Source: Rotaria socialis
Taxonomy: Eukaryota
Direction of reading: 5' to 3'
DNA length: 42,612 nt
NCBI GenBank assembly: GCA_905331295.1
Contig: CAJNYD010000507.1
Span: forward strand, 1-42,612
The notes under the pieces are model-generated. The model saw nothing but the letters and a program-made list of their open reading frames with translations, was not told the DNA's origin and did no database searches. This document shows positions 39,374 through 42,612 of the stretch, piece by piece. The number at the start of each line of letters is the position of its first letter. Within the stretch, counting starts at the first letter, position 1. A program made the translations under genes and the position numbers.

Positions 39374-42062
39374 ATGGCTGTAAACTGGACTTTTGATCAT
39401 GATGATTATTCACCATTTGGTTCAGATGAACATATTTCAACAACAGAACATCGATCATTTTTAATTACAATATTTTTCTCTCTAATTGGTCTATTTGGAA
39501 ATCTTATTCTATTAATTGGTAATGGATACATTCTTCGACATTCAATGGATGGTGAAAAACGTACATTTGAAAATTTTCTTGTTGAAATGTCATGTTTCGA
39601 TTCAATTGTGCTTTTATATCATTTAATCAATGCAATTGTTCGTTATAAAGCATCACCGAACAGTGATATTCATACGATGACAGGTTTAATTAATATATCA
39701 GCTGTTTGCTGTAAATTATTGACATATATTGTACGTGTTTCAACATTGATGTCTCATTGGTTAATTGTGTTACTATTACTTAATCGATTATTTCTTGTTT
39801 ATCCAACATTCTATCGACTTATAGCCATTGTGAATGCAAAATATGCTGTGTAAGTAGTGAGATTTGATGAAAATTTATTTCAATCATTCGAATCATATTG
39901 AAGAAACTTTCGCCAGTCATCATTGCATTTTAATCTTTGTGCTCTTATAATTTAACACAAATGATTAGATTATTTGATAGTTCATGTTAATTCGGAGTTC
40001 TATTGAGTGTAGTGACTCGAATAAAGTAATTAGGTTGTCTGTATCTCGACTATAAGATTCGGAGCATTGCTCCGTTGAACCCTTGAAAGCCAGTTACTAG
40101 CAGATAAATAGATGATGGAAAATAGAAGCTTCATTTTTAAACAGTAAGATATCTCATGAAATTATATCTATGATTGATTTACGCAAATATAGTATCATGT
40201 TACTAAAAAATTAACTAAATCAAGTAAAAAACGTTTTTGTTCTGAAAGACGAATATAATATACGCGAAAATTATTTTTCAATAATGTCCTATTTTTCTGT
40301 GTTCGCTGATCAATTTTTTAATTAAAAATCGACGCTGATATTCGTACGAAATAAAACATTTATAATCAATATCTTGTGTGAATAATATCTACTTTAGTTT
40401 TAAAGTATTTCTATGGATAGAATAAAATTTAATCCAAAAATAAGAATGATGTAATGAGTTTTGCTGCTTGTTGAATAACTCAAGAATTTAGGCAGTTAAA
40501 AATCTCAAGTTTTTCCATACGGAATCGCATTTCGAAAAGCATGCTCTTATTCTTCATATTTAGCCCGATACGATACATAGATCAAAAATCCGGTCTATGG
40601 TAGACAATGCTATTGCTCCAATTGAGTTCAACTATATAAAGTATTGAATTTTTTCTCCTTGAAAGTGTAGGATTCTATATTTAGAATGAAAAAACACGCT
40701 TAGAGATACTTATCGCGATAAGCGTCTGACCAATTGCGTTCTATTGTTACAAAATAAAACGACGAAGAAAATTCTTATTTTTGTAACAGTCAACATTAAA
40801 ATTAAAATCTATTTGTATTTCTATCAACATTGCAAAGATTAATTTCCATGAGTTTATACCGCTATTATGAAATGTTACAATCATTTAGTCCTCATATTTC
40901 ATAGAATTCAATTCATGTATAGTATATGACTGGAATAATTTCGTTTCGATTTAAAAAAAATATCGGCTGTATGCATATTTACAGATCCTGTTGACTTGAA
41001 TAGTAATTGACGCTTGTTTGATTAGTTTTTGTAGTTTCAAACTACAGTTGTTGTTGTTGTTGTTTTTTCTACATAATATATATATATATACATATATAAC
41101 ATAAATAGTAAATCTATTTTATTCCAAACATATCAATGATGTCGTGAAGACAAGACAAAATAATGCTTTTTTTTAAATTTTCATTTAGCCTTGCTTTGGT
41201 TTTTATTTTTACTTTCTTCAATGTTCTACCGATTGAATCAATATCTTATAATGTACCAATGGTTTTTCTATCTAATTCAACAACCAATATAACACTTTAT
41301 CGACATTGTTTAATGAATGCTGAAATGGTTGATTTAGAAGCATCAATTTATTCTACTGCAGTTATTATTAATGTTTTTTTCTATACTGGCATTGGTCTTA
41401 TGTTACCAACAGTAATTATTTGTTTTCTATCAATATTAATATTTCATAAAGGGGCGCATCTTTGGAAAGAATTACATTCACATCATTCCCAAACAGAGAA
41501 TATTTCTCTTAGATCTAATTCTCCAATTGTTGAATATCTTCGTACATATAATGCTGCATTTACACTTGGAATTATATTTTTATTTCTTTCAATTCCATGT
41601 AAACTACTTCGTCTAATTGTTCTATTTGCATCTAACAATACTGATGAACCAAAATCATCGCGTCATATTCTTTTTCAAGCTCATGCGCAAATGCAAACAG
41701 TTGGTCATGCATTTGAACTTTCACTTTATTCATATAAATGCTTCATATTTATTTGTACAAATCGTCGTTTTCGTTGTGCATTAAAATATTTGGTAACATA
41801 TCATCGTAGTCATGTTCTTATTGATCAACATCGACCATCCACAAATAGTTCCTGTGGACATAAAGAAATACAAGGAAGGCATTCACAAGAAAGTGTACCA
41901 TTTGAAGGATTATATAGACATTTGCAAATAAATGAATTCGAACCAACAATCAATATGTATTCAACTGGTGTACCAGCAGAATTATATAGTTATCGATCCA
42001 GTTTTAAAACACGATTAAGCGTATCCAGTCGACGAACAAAAGAAGACGAAATATCGCTTTGA
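39374..42062 (+). CDS. Class A (rhodopsin-like) orphan GPCR, 2 exons with intron 39850-41188
   Basis: Seven hydrophobic segments, TM1 GLFGN, CCKLLTY before TM3, NRL at the DRY position, LP in TM5, SIP in TM6 and helix-8 NRRFR. Splice phases match. Confidence 0.85.
41047..41097. repeat. (GTT)n and (AT)n microsatellites within the GPCR intron
   Basis: gttgttgttgttgttgtt, then atatatatatat.. Confidence 0.75.
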
Positions 42063-42612
42063 AATCTTTTTTTCGAGTATATAATTTTATAGAAATTGTG
42101 TACGAGTATATATATATATCTTAAGCAGTCATGATTGCATTGTAGCATTTGAAAAAACAAACGAAATAAACTTTTCATTAAACATTACTAATGACTAAGG
42201 TGTTTTACATTGTATTATACGTAAAGGTAACTTATTTTTCGGAATATCACTTTGAAATCTGCATGAATAGAACTTGCTCGTGCATATCTACAGGGTTCAC
42301 TTTGGAATTAATCGATACTTATTTTGATAGTAATAAGAAAAAAACTGACATTAATTATTAAAATATTTACTCTGATCACATTCATCGGGGAAAAAAACGA
42401 TGTATCATGTAAACGTGTTGTTACAACTAATCGAGCAAAGACTAGATATTTAATATTCTAATAAATGTGGAAACTTCGGATTTCATCCGAGAGTTATGTG
42501 TACTGCAAAAAGTGCATGGGATATATGAGTCATTCTAGAATGTCTGAACACCAAAATTATCATGAGAAACTAGGCAATTTGATTTCTGGATGCAGTTTTT
42601 GTGCATTTTGAG

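Overview
This is AT-rich eukaryotic (animal) genomic DNA with many 45-70 nt GT-AG introns. The gene families and intron style suggest a bdelloid rotifer (inference). From left to right it contains: (1) a decayed non-LTR retrotransposon RT and degraded coding remnants; (2) a tight minus-strand, head-to-tail cluster of a divergent RPL35 paralog, a Salvador-like SARAH protein, NT5C3 and two ABHD12-like hydrolases; (3) a ~8.6 kb repeat and pseudogene island with a frameshifted F-box/LRR gene; (4) a tight plus-strand cluster of XPO4, PCMT1 and SUCLG1, followed by a RING/TRIM-like gene; (5) a coiled-coil gene, cathepsin L and a class A GPCR. The most notable signals are operon-like spacing (88-203 nt) with a T-rich TAG|AT acceptor just before each downstream ATG (candidate SL trans-spliced polycistrons), and a Salvador homolog that appears to lack WW domains but carries PPxY motifs. 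Exon boundaries were read by eye and are predictions.
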